This document shows, in pieces, positions 1 to 13,000 of a stretch of 64,000 bases of DNA. The notes under the pieces were generated by a model. It saw only the letters and a list, made by a program, of their open reading frames with translations. It searched no databases and had not been told where the DNA came from. This DNA comes from Podarcis melisellensis (lineage: Eukaryota). Where the stretch lies: assembly GCA_964234715.1 (NCBI GenBank), contig OZ174279.1. One strand, given 5' to 3'. How positions within the stretch are numbered: position 1 is the first letter of the stretch; every line of letters begins with the position of its first letter. Both the position numbers and the translations under genes were made by a program.

Positions 1-141
1 CAACAGTAGGACAGGACTTTTGCCCTCATGTCCTTCTTGCGAGTTTTCCATAGGCATCTGGTCCACCACTGTGGAACCCTGGATGCAAGACCAGACGGGA
101 CTTTGACCTGATCAAACAAGGCTCAGTCTTATGTTCTTATG
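1..141 (+). mobile_element. CR1 LINE 3' end fragment
   Basis: ccataggcatctggt...ccactgtg...cttatgttcttatg tail; homologous to copies at 20310-20645 and 28206-29218. Confidence 0.7.
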
Positions 142-369
142 AGAATGAGAGCAGAACATATATCTGGTGCTGAATATGTAATAGGATGAATCTCTGTGGG
201 AAATAGTATGGATCCACTGGTGTTTCTATGATCCATAACTCTCTTTATTGAAGTCAAATATCCAGGGCCTGTTACTTTAGGATCCTGCCCATCCAAATCT
301 AGTTTTCCTTTTGCCCATCTACGTTGTAATATTTGTTGGATGCTTTGTACCCCAATTATTATTATTATT

Positions 370-520
370 CTTTAGAAGACATCTGAAGGCATCCCTGTAT
401 AGGAAAGGTTTTTTTTAATAATGTTTAATGTTTTATTATATTTTTATATACATTGGAAGCTGCACAGAGTGGCTGGGGCAACCCAGTCAGATGGGCGGGG
501 TACAAATTATCATCATCATC
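370..520 (+). mobile_element. L2-like LINE 3' end
   Basis: agaagacatctgaaggca...gagtggctggggcaacccagtcagatgggcggggtacaaat plus microsatellite tail; reverse copy at 28846-29051. Confidence 0.65.
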
Positions 521-3500
521 ACCAGAGGAAGAGACTGTTTCTCTTCATAATCCATCTCAGGTTTGCTCCAGGCCCACTACTTTGCCAAATGAGTGTTGTG
601 TGTGTGTGGTGATGGAGGTGTGAGCTGTAGGTTCGTGTGAAATAGCATACCCCAGAAAAGCATCTTAACCAGCCCCTAGCTATATACATAAATGCAGCTT
701 CCATTAGCTCGGGCATACTAGGTTTGAGACCATTGATTTATTCTACTTTGTTACTGTTGCGTCTTGGATTTTATTGCTCCTGTTTATTTAGCTCTAACAA
801 AGTGTCAGACACTGGGCAGGCCATAGAACAAGCCTTGTAAGCCAACTCTGGATTGAAAGATATGGTGGAAATCAAATAAATAAATAAATAAGCAAGTGAT
901 ACAGTCCCTGCCTTCCAAGCTTTGTAAAATCGATAGGACAAAAGGGAGAGGGGCAGAGCTTGAGAAAGGTTTCAAGTTGTCCTCATGAATGGCTAAAAAG
1001 AGAAAGCATTGTGGAGTGTAGTGGCCTTTTAAGCACTGGCTTCATAGCCACAGCACTGAAGGATTTCCCATGGTCCTATTCAGATTGGAAATACCTCGCC
1101 CCCTTGCCCTGCCTGAGGAAGCCGGATCACAAGGGCAAAATGAGAGGTTTGTGCACAGCCAAAGTCAAGGGCCAAAAAGCCTTGCAAAGGTCAAAGGGCA
1201 AGGTATAAGTGAAATAGAAAAGTCTACTCCTGCAAATGAACTGCAAACTGCTTCTGAAGTGTCTCTCTTCCCATGAAGAAGGATATTTAAAAAGCATCTT
1301 TTGATGCTTTTTCATACAATGCTTATAGCACATCAAATGTAGAGTAGCTGCTTGATTGTTGCAAGGGATTTAAACATCTTACTTCAAAAAACCTCCCATT
1401 TCAGGCACATCACAATTTCCTAACTTTCAGATCATCGCAATACAGTATATTATTGCTGGTGTAAAAAGGCCATTGCGTTTTGAAGTGATGCTGTCTGGAA
1501 CATGGCAGTGCTACAATTGGCTGTTGATTAAGCCCAGCATCACTGATAATGAGTGAGACAGTCTGGACCCAAAATGTCCCTCAACCAAACCTCAGGCAGC
1601 TGGTGACCCAAACCCTAGTGGAGGCTTGCATAAGAGCTAAGCTGGTTACAAAGTGGGAAAATGATCCTCATCAGTTTGCTTGCCCACATCGGACCAGACA
1701 GCAAGTCTATATTTTTTTGCCCATTTTCACAACTTGAATAGTTTCTTTGACCCTTTCCTGTGTTTGTAGGTGAGATGAGAAACCTTCATTAGCTAAAATT
1801 CATTCTTCTGTTTAAAACTTTCTCACTTCCTTTTTCTCTCCCACATTAGCAATATTCACAGGTGATACATTCCAGATGAAAAATGTTGGTGTTAGGGAAG
1901 ATCCACATGTTGTCATTGCAGACAGTTTCCTAAGTCTCCCCAATTCCCTCAGCCAGGCTGACTCCTAATATTGGAGCCACTCTTGGGAAAACATGGGTTA
2001 AAATGACTGGGGGAAGGTGGAACATTTGCAGGAGAGAATTAGAGGAGGGTTAAGCACCCCCTGCCAGTTCTCCTCTATACCCTCCCTATATTAGCATTAT
2101 GGAAACCCATGCAAAGTTTGAAATCCTGTGGGTTTTTTCCTACTGGGAAGTTCCACCCTTAGTGTCACAGGTGAATATATCCCTTGGTTTGAGGATTTAG
2201 CTGGCATTTCTACTTGATGTCCTGAGTCTTGACAGTTTTGCTTCTTTTGGAAGCACCTTCTCTTTGGTAAATTGAATGCTCCACTTCTTTTATAATGAGG
2301 TGCTATCATCCAGCCTTTCTAGGTGTTTGTGTTATGGAAATGTGCTGTAAAAACTATCATCTGATTGGCTGAGCACAAGAAGCAGAACAGGAGAGGTTGT
2401 GTTTATGTTTTGCCTAATGATTAGAACAAACTCATTCGAGTTTGGCATTGGGGGTGGGTGAATCATTCAGCAGCAAAGGTGATGTAGGAAAGCTGCTTTT
2501 TCTCAGCAAATTTCAAGGTCTCTTTTGATCCTTCCTCTGACTGATTAGAGTTTTCAGCTTTGTATTTGTGGATATGAGGCATGAATACCACAGACCACAT
2601 ATAGCTTGATGATGCATAAGGTTTGTGTATGAAACTCAGGATCACTTTTTCTTCAGAAGCCCTTGTCAGACATAGTAGGTCCCAGACTCTAGAATTTGGG
2701 GAAAAGGCACTGACTCATTATTTACTAGAAGGATTCCCTTACCCCCTGTGTGCCCACTGAACCACTTCAATCTATGGAACTGGCCATTTTACAAGCGCCA
2801 AACAATGTTCACTACATGCTTGCAAGTAATCAATCTTTCAGATAGGCAGCACCCACTCTTTAGAAGTACCTATTCATTAATATTAGGCAAGCACCTTTGT
2901 GGTATTGGTTTTACCAGGCATGTAATTTTGACACACAATTTTATTATGGACAATTGTTTAAAAATTGCAGGTTTCGTTTGTATATAAAAATTACGTTAAC
3001 TTTTTCTTAATGTTTGCTTTTATTGATTTTTATTTCAAATGAATATTTTAGATTTTTCTTTGCAAGCCCCTTAGAGGCCTTCTATTGAGTAAATTGGATA
3101 TAAACATCAATTGACAAACAAACAAATATTCCCTGCACTGCCACAGCAGCAGCAAATACATGCTGCAGCTGGAGATTTGAGACAGAGGTTTGTTGAGTCC
3201 AGTTGAGACCCACAGGGTTCTCAGTGTCTCCTACTGTATGCCAATCCTTCCAATATAACTGCATAACCGAATCACTTCCATTGTTAAGTCTGATCAACTT
3301 GTTGTGACAGCTAAAACCATTTTACTTTGCTCTGCGATAGGGGCAGGAAACATGCAGCCCTCCAGTTATTGCTGGACTACAACTCCCATCATACCTGACC
3401 GTTGGCCATGCTTGCTGAGACTAATGGGACATAGCAACATAGGGGTACAGGTTCCCTGCCCCCGCTCTAGAACATCTCATTGCTCCCTCCCAGATTCCCA

Positions 3501-4239
3501 AGTACCAAGCTACCATCATTAAAGCTTCTGGCCCATTCTGCAGATAGACTCCTGCAGATATATTGGTCTCAAAACTATCCATGATGGTGGCAGGTGCATT
3601 AAATCTGGGCCTGCCTTGGTAGCAGAGAAAGGAGGAGCAGAGTCTCTTTCTAAGAGCAAAGGGGACATGTGAGGGATTGGACCCCTTCCCTCTCCAGTGC
3701 CTTGTCAAAAAAAATTCACTATAATGCTTTCCATGCAGCAAAATGAGCCTAGGACTGCCTGTAACCTGTCCTGTTCACAATAGGTGATGGGATGAGATGG
3801 TCCTAGACTGGACTTCCCTCCTGTCTCTCTCTGTGTGAGTGAAACATGTGTGAAATTGAGAATCACAAACAAGAACCATTTTGCCTGTACCCAAGACATG
3901 GTGAATTCCATAATGTGACATTGCTAGAGGAATAAAGTCTAACTTATCATAACTGGCACTGCAACAGCAATGGGAGAAAAGTACTGATGATGTATTGAGC
4001 ATCATCAAGAGTAATGACTACCTGGGTTCTGGCTTGTGAGCAAACCTTCTCTTTAAAGTCATAAAGAGCAAAACCAGTTTTGGTGCCTGGGACCCTCTGA
4101 ATTCCCATTCAACTGACCAAAAATGCTGCACAGTACAGAAATGTTGCTCTGTTTCCTCTCTTTCATGTACAATGACAGAGAAGGGCTGGAATGGGTGAGA
4201 TGGCCCTTTGGGGCTGGCTGGCTCCATCTCTTTGGGGTT

Positions 4240-4390
4240 CCTGCAGCGGCAAGAAGAAGGGGACGAGCCATTGATCTGTGATTTGCATAGCTGCTTTGAA
4301 AGTTAATCAATGCCTCCATTAAAAAAACTGAGACTAAATCAATACGCCCTCTCAACTCTCGCAAAGGTGAAATGCATTAAGGGGCTGCCC
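4240..4390. promoter_or_regulatory. Candidate FGF8 intronic enhancer (Pbx/Engrailed-type, octamer and TCF motifs)
   Basis: ATTTGCAT 4281-4288, CTTTGAA 4294-4300, TTAATCAAT 4303-4311 and TAAATCAAT 4335-4343 within ~65 bp of non-repetitive sequence. Confidence 0.55.
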
Positions 4391-5607
4391 TTACCCTTCC
4401 TGGCTTCCTCTACCAGCTGCAAAGTCAGCATCAGTGCAGAGAGACAGAGAAAGGACTTAAACTGATCATATGGAGCTTCCTGACCTACACAGAAAAGAGA
4501 TACAAGAAGAGCAAGGGGACCAAGTATAAAAATACCAAATTAGAAACTAATTTTCCTGCTGCTACTGCCCAAATCATTGTGTGTCCTTTTAAAGTAGGAT
4601 GATTTAAAGCAATTACTGGCCCGGGCTTTATATTAACCTTGTGTCCTGTAGCCTTTCTGTGTTGTGTGCCCAGTTATTTCTCTATAATGAGAGGACAAGA
4701 GATCTTTTGCTCAAAACAGCAACTGGAAGTCCATTGGTTTCAGAAATGGAAGTATATAAGACATTCCATCCAGCGCTGTAAGACTTGCAATAGCCATCAT
4801 GCATGGCCGACTCTTGAAAATAGGTCTGATTCTGTCTATTGCTTGAATTTAAGATGTCTGTTTCCTGAAGAAACAGGACTGCTGAAACACCTGCTGAAAA
4901 CTTTTCTATTCCACCAGGCCTATGCAGGCAATTAAGAATACATCTCCCACAATGGTCTATTGATGTTTGTTCTTAATTTCCTTTTGTTTTTAACTAGTTT
5001 TTAACTTTCTAAGATTTTATTGTCTGGTTTTATGTTTTTATATCGTTGTAAGCCATTGTGATATATTTTTTAACATACAGCGGTATAGAAATATTTTTTA
5101 TAAATAAGTAATAAGTAAGAAAGAGATTTTGCAACCTTTGAATGGAAGCACCATTGTTTGTTTGTTGCTGCTGCTACTATGGGTGAACAATCAGGGAGCC
5201 ACCCAGTACATGTAGTGACTGTGTACACCACATTTTTTTCCAGGCTTTTCCACTGATTTTGATGGCAGTGGCAGCAAAAAGAAAAGAAACTTAAAATAGA
5301 CACAGCACTTGGGTGAGGAGAGCCTAGTGCCTTGATGGTGGGAGGGATGCAAATCACCTCCTACCCTAGCCATTGAATCAATTATTTGATGAGAGGAGAG
5401 GAGGCAATAGCTCTCTTCCTCAGTTGATGTGCAGGGAGGTGAGAGGGATGTGTGTTTGTGTGTGTGTGTGTTTAAAAGACAGGGTATGGGGTACTAGACA
5501 TGCCCACTTTTGGCCACACCCATCACTAGCAGGTCACTTTTGAAGGGTTGGCCAAGGTTGACTGTGACACTTGGTCTTATAATTAGTTCACCCTGATCCT
5601 TTTCTTA

Positions 5608-5784
5608 GGGGAGGGCCATAGCTCAGTGCTAGAGCATCTGCTTTGCATGTAGAAGGTCCCAGGTTCCATCCCCGGCATCTCCAGTTAGAACTGGGACCAT
5701 CCACTGTCTGGCAGAAAAGTATTGTAGACAATACTGAGCTATATGGACCAATAGTCTGACTTGATAGAAGGCAGCTTCCTATGT
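5608..5784 (+). mobile_element. tRNA-derived SINE (Squam3-like)
   Basis: tRNA-like head with A box TAGCTCAGTG and B-box-like GGTTCCATCCC; 3' end aggcagcttcctatgt; several copies in the window. Confidence 0.75.
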
Positions 5785-5963
5785 ATTACTGTAACAAATG
5801 CTATAAGGAGGGACACAGCATCCCTTCCCTTTGGTTGCGTGGTCCGTCCTGCCTAAGAAAATGCTAATTCGAGAAGACAAATTGTCCTCTTGGAGTGCTG
5901 TATGTGGTGCCCATCTTGTAATATTCATGTGACTCATTTTCTTGCCATCTTCTCCCACTCCAG

Positions 5964-6070
5964 CTAAGCTCATTGTGGAGACCGACACATTTGGGAGCAG
6001 AGTAAGAATCAAGGGGGCTGAGACAGGCTTCTATATCTGCATGAACAAGAAAGGAAAGCTGATTGGCAAG
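5964..6070 (+). CDS. FGF8: Fibroblast growth factor 8, penultimate coding exon (107 bp; exon 2 in classical numbering); upstream exons lie outside the window
   Basis: Translates (A)[35 protein letters not shown], the FGF8/17/18 core. Pyrimidine tract plus CAG acceptor (tctcccactccag) before 5964; GTAAGG donor at 6071; phase-0 end joins the next exon in frame. Confidence 0.97.
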
Positions 6071-6741
6071 GTAAGGGGGCTTCGGGGTAGGAATTGCTTG
6101 CTGTGCAACAAGGGGAGGAGCAGGAGTCTTCTCAGGAACAAAATATGGGAATGGAAGGGCAAAAGGGCCTACAACTGAAGCTGGAAGCGAGCTTGTTCAC
6201 ACGCATTCACTGATGCTGTATTTCATGTGGATACTGCTGTGGTTAGTCAGAACCACACAATTCAAGCAAATGTCTAAAGACGAGGAGCAGTAGAGGTTGG
6301 TCCATTAGAGCAGCGCCACTCCAGCCTCAGCCTACCCTCAATGACAAAAACATTCCAAGACTGAAAATCTGCTGCATCAACTCTTCTCCATCATTAATAT
6401 GCTGGGCAAGTATCTGGAGGCCCTCTTTCGCATGGCCAGAAGTAGCAGACAATTTAAAAGGCTTGAACATACACACACACTAACCTCCTGCTATGGGAGG
6501 TATCAGATGGCTTTTCTCTCAGGTTATGTCTCCATTGGAGGGGAAGTTTCATTTCCCCAACACTCAAGTAGCAACCTTGTATTGCTGAGAAACACAATGC
6601 CACCTACTGCCTCCATTCCTCTTCAGGTTACAATGTACAGGGTTGTTGTGAGACCATCACAGGCACCTATTTGATAGAGCCTGTGACATTCATAGAATCA
6701 TATATTCATTGGGTTGGGGAGGGGGCAGTCTTTTAGACACC

Positions 6742-6899
6742 NNNNNNNNNNNNNNNNNNNNNNNNNNNNNNNNNNNNNNNNNNNNNNNNNNNNNNNNNNN
6801 NNNNNNNNNNNNNNNNNNNNNNNNNNNNNNNNNNNNNNNNNNNNNNNNNNNNNNNNNNNNNNNNNNNNNNNNNNNNNNNNNNNNNNNNNNNNNNNNNNN
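6742..6899. other. Assembly gap (158 N) in the last FGF8 intron
   Basis: Run of N. Confidence 1.
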
Positions 6900-8189
6900 G
6901 CATCCCCAGCAAATGGCTGTCCAGTCTCGGACAGAAGGTTTCTAGGAAGGAAAAGCTGGGCAACTCCCTTTGTGATTCATTCCAATGAGGAAGTGTTCCT
7001 ACCACTAAGACATTTTTTCCTAAAATCTGCCATCCCACAACTTAAGCCCATTTCTGATAACAAAAGTCTCGCCTTCCTCTCCCTCCTCTCCTATTAACAA
7101 GCACAAGTTTGGGATGCTCATAACTGTTCACCAAAACACAACCACCATGCAAATAATAAATGAAAATACCAAAGCAATATACTATATAAAAAACAATATA
7201 CTATCCAAAATCAGTTAGGATCTGATGATTTGCTGTGGTAACCTGCTCTGTATTTGTATGGTTTACCACTTATGCACATGCAGTGTTGCTGTTTCATATT
7301 AAATGCATCACACCCTTTGATCAATTAAAAAAAACAGAGTACACTAAACCAGATGAAAACCCAAGAATTGGCCTAGAAGGTCTCCTCTCCACTCCCTATA
7401 AATACAGCTATCCTCAAGCATCTCCTTTATCTGACACCTACTTGTCAAATAAACTGTTTCACTGTTCAAAGATGCTAGCTAGGAAACATTTTCTCCCACT
7501 GCAAAGAAAGAAAACAAATTGTCCAAGCCCTAATCAAGCATACTACGGAGTAAGATCCATTGAACTTGGCGACTCCTGAATAAACGTATTTAGGATGGCA
7601 CTGTTGGTCTTCTTTGTAACATGGTGTTTGGGGAGTTTTTGCTTTCAGATAAAGCATTTCAATATGCTGTAATAAGAAATGATACAGTTCAGGAAAAGCT
7701 TTACCAGCTGATTTTGCTGATGTGTGTAAACTGGCCCTGAGCACAGATCTAAGACTTCTTGGAAGCAGAACTTAGAATGTGTTTGCTACCAAGAGTGTGA
7801 GAGAAAAAAAGCATGATTGAATTAGACTTTACAGCAGTGGTAGGGGGCCTTTTTAAACTCAAGGGTCACATGCTAGAGGAACATGCTCAGGGGCTGCAAA
7901 CTAGTAGTAACACCCCTTTTCTTATTCTGCTGCCCACTCCTATTCCTTTCTCCCCCTTCTCTTCTCTTATTACCTAACACAAAAACACAGTGGGCTGTTC
8001 ATTGGAGAAGTGCTTGCTCTCTTCTTCCACCAGCAACTTCCTTGGCTTCCATGCTGGGGGCTGAAAAAGCAGCTTGCTTCTCTCAGCGTCCAGCACTGAA
8101 ACAATGTTCTCTACCACCCCACATTATAGCCTTGGGTTTACCCTTAAAGAATGCCCATATGAAGCAACTCCACTTTTCTAGCACCTGTC

Positions 8190-8325
8190 TAAGAACATAA
8201 GATGAGTCCAGCATCCCGTTCTCACAGCATCCAACCAGATGCCAATGGGAAGCCTGCAAGCCAGACATGAGTGCAATAGCACTCTGCCCACCTGGGATTA
8301 CTAGCAGCTGGTATTCAGAGGCATC
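8190..8325 (-). mobile_element. CR1 LINE 3' end fragment
   Basis: taagaacataag...gtccagcatcccgttctcacag...ccaaccagatgcc, reverse of the CR1 tail. Confidence 0.65.
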
Positions 8326-8552
8326 TAGAAAAATGCTTATTTTTTGGCCCATCAGCATTTGCAAAAATAGTTCTAGTTCTACCAAAACAGTCCACAAAAG
8401 CCCTAGTGTCCTAGCGGAAGAATATATCATCAAATTATGTTCATTGCACTACTACTATAGTGCAGAATTTCAAATATTGGGAAGAACTGCACACACATAC
8501 ATATATATTTAAATTTTCCCCTGGGATAAGCCAAGCCACAAAGGCAGAGAAT

Positions 8553-8883
8553 GGCCGTAGCTCAGTGGCAGTGTGCACACTTTACATGTAAATGGTCCCT
8601 ATTAGGCTCAGTCTTCAGAAAGTGCTGTGAAAGACCCCTTTCTGAAACCCTGGAGAGACGCTGCCAATCAATGTAAACACAATGTTGAGCTATACCAGGC
8701 TTCCTCAAACTCAGCCCCCCAGATGTTTTGAAACTACAATCCCCATCATCCCTGACCACTGGTCATGCTAGCTAGGGATCATGGGAGTTGTAGGCCAAAA
8801 ACATCCGGAGGGCCAGGTTTGAGGAAGCCTGAGCTATACAGAGCAATAGCCCAACTCTGTTTAAGGCAATTTCCTATATTCCT
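8553..8883 (+). mobile_element. tRNA-derived SINE (Squam3-like) interrupted by a hAT MITE
   Basis: ggccgtagctcagtgg head; body ctgaaaccctggagag..ctgcca; tail aggcaatttcctat resumes after the MITE. Confidence 0.7.
8696..8831. mobile_element. Palindromic hAT-type MITE (136 bp)
   Basis: TIR CAGGCTTCCTCAAAC / GTTTGAGGAAGCCTG; perfect 8-bp TSD AGCTATAC on both sides. Confidence 0.9.
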
Positions 8884-9157
8884 TCCTGTGTAAGCACTTA
8901 CTTTGCTTTGCCAGCAGTGACCTTGCAGTTTCTCCTCTCTGTAGAATTACTTGCTCAGCCATGGATAATTAACCATATGACCTTCCAACAGCTTAGCTTT
9001 CCTCAACCTAGATGTCCTCTTCTTCCTTTTACTTTTGTCCTGGGTGCTGCTTGTGTGATCTGTTCCTGATTAGAATCAATCAGGGGACAGGTGCCTGCAT
9101 TGCTTGCATTCCAATAATTATTTGAGTGCTTGTTGCCCTTGCCTCATTTCTCAGGTA

Positions 9158-9344
9158 CAGTGGTACCTCGGGTTACAAACACTTTGGGTTACAGACTCCG
9201 CTAACCTGGAAGTAGTACCTCGGGTTAAGAACTTTGCCCCAGGATGAGAACAGAAATCGTGTGGTGGCAGTGAGAGGCCCCATTAGCTAACGTGGTACCT
9301 CAGGTTAAGAACGGACCTCTGGTTCATAACGAGAGGTACCACTG
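9158..9344 (+). mobile_element. Tc1/mariner (pogo/Tigger-like) MITE, family A
   Basis: TIR CAGTGGTACCTC / GAGGTACCACTG flanked by TA; homologous to 58364-58604 and 40343-40522. Confidence 0.9.
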
Positions 9345-10282
9345 TATTGACTAGGTTGGTACTTGATGGGTTGACTAGCTATATATCTTCTATCAGCCAA
9401 CGATGTCAACCAATCCTAGCGTGAGTGTGCTGAAGTAGGTCTGAGCATAGCTGCAGATTTCTCTGCAGTATCCTGGCGGTGGGGCGGAGGTGGGATGGTG
9501 GGGAACATTTCCAAGTAATATTAAGCATAATCTTTCCACATAATCATCCACTCTCTTTGCTAGTGTAAGGCTGAGGACAGTAGAAATTCACAATCTAGGT
9601 GATTCCTCTTGAGTCCCCTCTGAGTTTGCCAGTTGGTGTGAAGTGTCAGGTTGGGGTTGAATGTGAGCCACCAAACAATCCTATATGCATCCCTCATGAG
9701 TTGGTTTGCATTCAAACAAAGCAATCCTTAGCAACATCCCAGGTCTGTCGATTTTTCTCATAAGTGCTAAGGACACTTTGCACCTTCTGAAGGTGGCCTT
9801 TTCAATATAGATCTACACATTACGGCAGATCTACACATTACACTTTAGCCAGAGACAACTTCACGAACCAATAAATAGCTAGAGAAAATCGTTCGATGTG
9901 AACTGTTTAGTTTGTGCCTGCGAGGTTGGATAAGGTAATATCAGATGTCCAAGGATTTATGGAAATGTGTGTTTATTGAACTGAATGTTTAGATAGCTAA
10001 ACAGGAGGTATTAGTACTAGTGGTATACTAATACTTAAATCATGGATACCCCTAGTTTTGTAATTTATATTCCTGGAGTTCCCACAAACTTTGAATTGGA
10101 TGCCTTGACTGTTCTGGATAACACAAAGTATAAAACAGACTTAACTGTGCCTTTGGTACATCATTGGGGGATGTTTGTTAGACAATAAGCATTCTTGGCA
10201 TAATAGCATCCAGGTCAAACAGTGTTCAAAGCATGGTCAAGCGCTATCACTACTTACAAAGTCCCTGCCCCCCTATTTTTAG

Positions 10283-10663
<381 letters not shown>

Positions 10664-11520
10664 CCCACCACCCTCCTTAGTGCCACTTGGGTCCACCCTC
10701 CTTTCCCTTTTTTTGTTGGAGGACATTCTGTAGAGACTTTCAACTGATGGACAATGCCTAGAGACTTAACCTGTGATGATAATTAAAACGAGGGTGGAAG
10801 AAGAGGGGGAAACCAAACTTGATCTAGTTGTTTATAATTGTTTGTTTTGTGTTTTTTAAAAAACAAAAAAGAGGCTCTATTTTTGTATTCCAACTTTACT
10901 GCTTTTTTAAGAAAAAGCACTGTAACGTTAAAAGACTTGTGAAGGGTTGCTCTTCACTTAAGAAACATTTTGAGTCCATGGGGGGCGTGTTATGTTTTAA
11001 TAGACGGTTAAAAAAAAAGTGGGGTGGGGGTGGGTAGGAGGTAGTTGATCTAGGGGTAAGCATAGAACCTGCCCTCTTCAATTAAATAATAATTTTTGGG
11101 ACCAAATTTCTACCTCAAATAAAACAAACGTAATAGAAACACAACCCATCAAGAGCTTTTGTGCAAGTTCCATTTATTTTGATGGGTCTGTGTGGATGTT
11201 CCTGGTACCTGCAGACTGTGGCCTTTCTCAGAGTCAAATGAGTGCAAGTCCCTTTGTAACCAGGGAGAGACTTGCAGGCACCAACAGGGTGGGATGTGAA
11301 GTCACTGTTTCCATTTCTGAATGAGAGAACGAGAGCAGAATCCCCAAGGAAGAATGAATGAACGCCACCACAGAGGTGGTGCTCAGATGAGGGCCGCTAG
11401 TTTTGCTTTGTATGTTCTATCCAAGCTGATCATGTCTCCAGAGGTCTGCATTTTTATTATTATTCTGTAGACCATTTTTTTTGTATTTGTTATGACAATA
11501 AAGTGCCACTGAGTTCAAAT
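10664..11520 (+). other. FGF8: FGF8 3' UTR (end approximate)
   Basis: Follows the stop codon; U-rich tracts; AATAAA at 11118-11123 and 11497-11502. Confidence 0.6.
11497..11502 (+). terminator. Candidate distal polyadenylation signal of FGF8
   Basis: AATAAA preceded by a U-rich/UGUA element (ttttttttgtatttgttatgac). An alternative proximal AATAAA lies at 11118-11123. Confidence 0.55.
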
Positions 11521-11816
11521 GTTATATATTTCCCCATTACACCCGTTTCATCAAAGGTGCTTCTTGTCTCAAGTTTCCCAATGAGACTGAACTGGGATCT
11601 CACTCATGTTACAGGCATGGAGGATGGTTGGGCCCCTAAAAAGCCAAAAGGAAATAAGAAAGGAAGCCTTGCTCCCACTAAACTGGTGTTAGCAATTTGA
11701 ACCTCTCCTCAGCCCATATCTGGCTCTTCAGAAATGTTGCCTGGCCCCTCATTTACCAACCTTGATAAGAGCTTGCAGATCCTCCTTTGGCCAAGGAACC
11801 CTTGAGAATCCTATAC

Positions 11817-11975
11817 CAGGGCTGTCTGATAGGTTGGTCCGTGGTCGATCCTGGTCGATCTTGGGACCCTCATCAAATTACCCCCCTCAAAAAAACTTTG
11901 TAACAACTTTGATCACTGCCAGTTGTTGTTTTTATAGTGGGAGTAGATCAGCCTCTTGGAATTTGGACAGCCCTG
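11817..11975. mobile_element. hAT-type MITE (159 bp)
   Basis: TIR CAGGGCTGTC / GACAGCCCTG; perfect 8-bp TSD TCCTATAC. Confidence 0.88.
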
Positions 11976-12949
11976 TCCTATACTGATGGGGGTTTCTGTG
12001 TAGATGCTGATGTTGGCCTTTAATCGCCACAGAAAATATTGCTTGCCTTACTGCCTGTGTCCCAGTTTATTTCTCTGCAGGGAGACTAGATTAGATCCAG
12101 CTACGCAAGCCTTGAATGGGCTGCTGAATGGTGGCATCTTTTGTGTAATCAGGAACTTCAGAAGGCTTAACTAATACTTTTAAGGGCGAGGAGGGAGGGA
12201 GAGATGCTGAGTTGGACGTTTGGTTTGAAAGGGGTACTACTTTGCAAAGGATTATTTAAAATAACAACAAAAGAAAAGATACTTTTGAAAACTTCAGTGT
12301 GTGGAAGCTGTGAGCTGGCTTGTTGTCACAGCACATCTTTCTTGTGGGGTAGTTTGTCTCCTTGAGGGATTTTTTTTTAGAAAAATTGTTACTGTGTACA
12401 AATTGAATATGAAATGGTCTGAAATATTTATTTAATATGTGCATTAAATTTTTCTACTAGTATAAATGAGGTGTGCTCTCTCTGGCTGTGTGATTTCTAG
12501 CAGGGCTAGGAATCTTTTTTGTTTTTTTTTTTTGGGTGGTGCTGGAGGAAGACAAAGGATTGGGAGGGGGAAATTTGCAAACACCAGAGGTGAGAAAAAA
12601 CTGGGTTGCAAATCCTTTAAGGGTTGGCACCTGGCTTTGGCTCTCTGGGGACAGGTCATCACAACAGCTGCTTGTGTTTCTTGTGGACATTTTAACAATG
12701 TAACTAATTGTCGCCTTTGAAAAGTCTTGGAATGGGAGTATTTTTTTCAAAGCTTGTGGTGGTGTCCAGATTCTTAACAGCTTGGGAAGGGCACCTAGTA
12801 TGGCTACAGGAAACTTTGAAATGCTGACTTAAATTATCAATACTCTGGAAATTGAATTAAAAGCATTTTGGTAGCTAAAAGCCAGAAGCACCCCTCCCCC
12901 CCCCAAAGGAGAGGATGACACACTTACTACAAACACTCATTTAAATTGA

Positions 12950-12964
12950 CATCATCATCATCAT

Positions 12965-13000
<36 letters not shown>
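12950..13000. repeat. (ATC)n(ACT)n microsatellite
   Basis: Direct reading. Confidence 0.9.

Noticed and set aside
5608-5690. Possible tRNA gene (also 38923 and 39930-39984)
   Set aside because: Degenerate cloverleaf followed by a SINE body and tail; these are SINE heads.
1-5963. Search for FGF8 exons 1A-1D
   Set aside because: No signal-peptide or QLYSRTSGKHVQV-type sequence seen; these exons lie upstream of the window.
5942-6178. ORF-track starts and ends around the FGF8 exons (also 10233-10544 and 10415-10663)
   Set aside because: True boundaries are set by splice sites at 5964/6070 and 10376; the extensions are intronic or out of frame.
9809-9841. Short direct duplications (also ~50807-50834, 58003-58047, 45349-45386)
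   Set aside because: Ordinary 15-20-bp slippage duplications with no sign of function.
10811-10820. miR-9 site in the FGF8 3' UTR
   Set aside because: Only ACCAAA without the full ACCAAAG seed match.
11020-11042. G-quadruplex in the FGF8 3' UTR
   Set aside because: Only three runs of three or more G; weak support.
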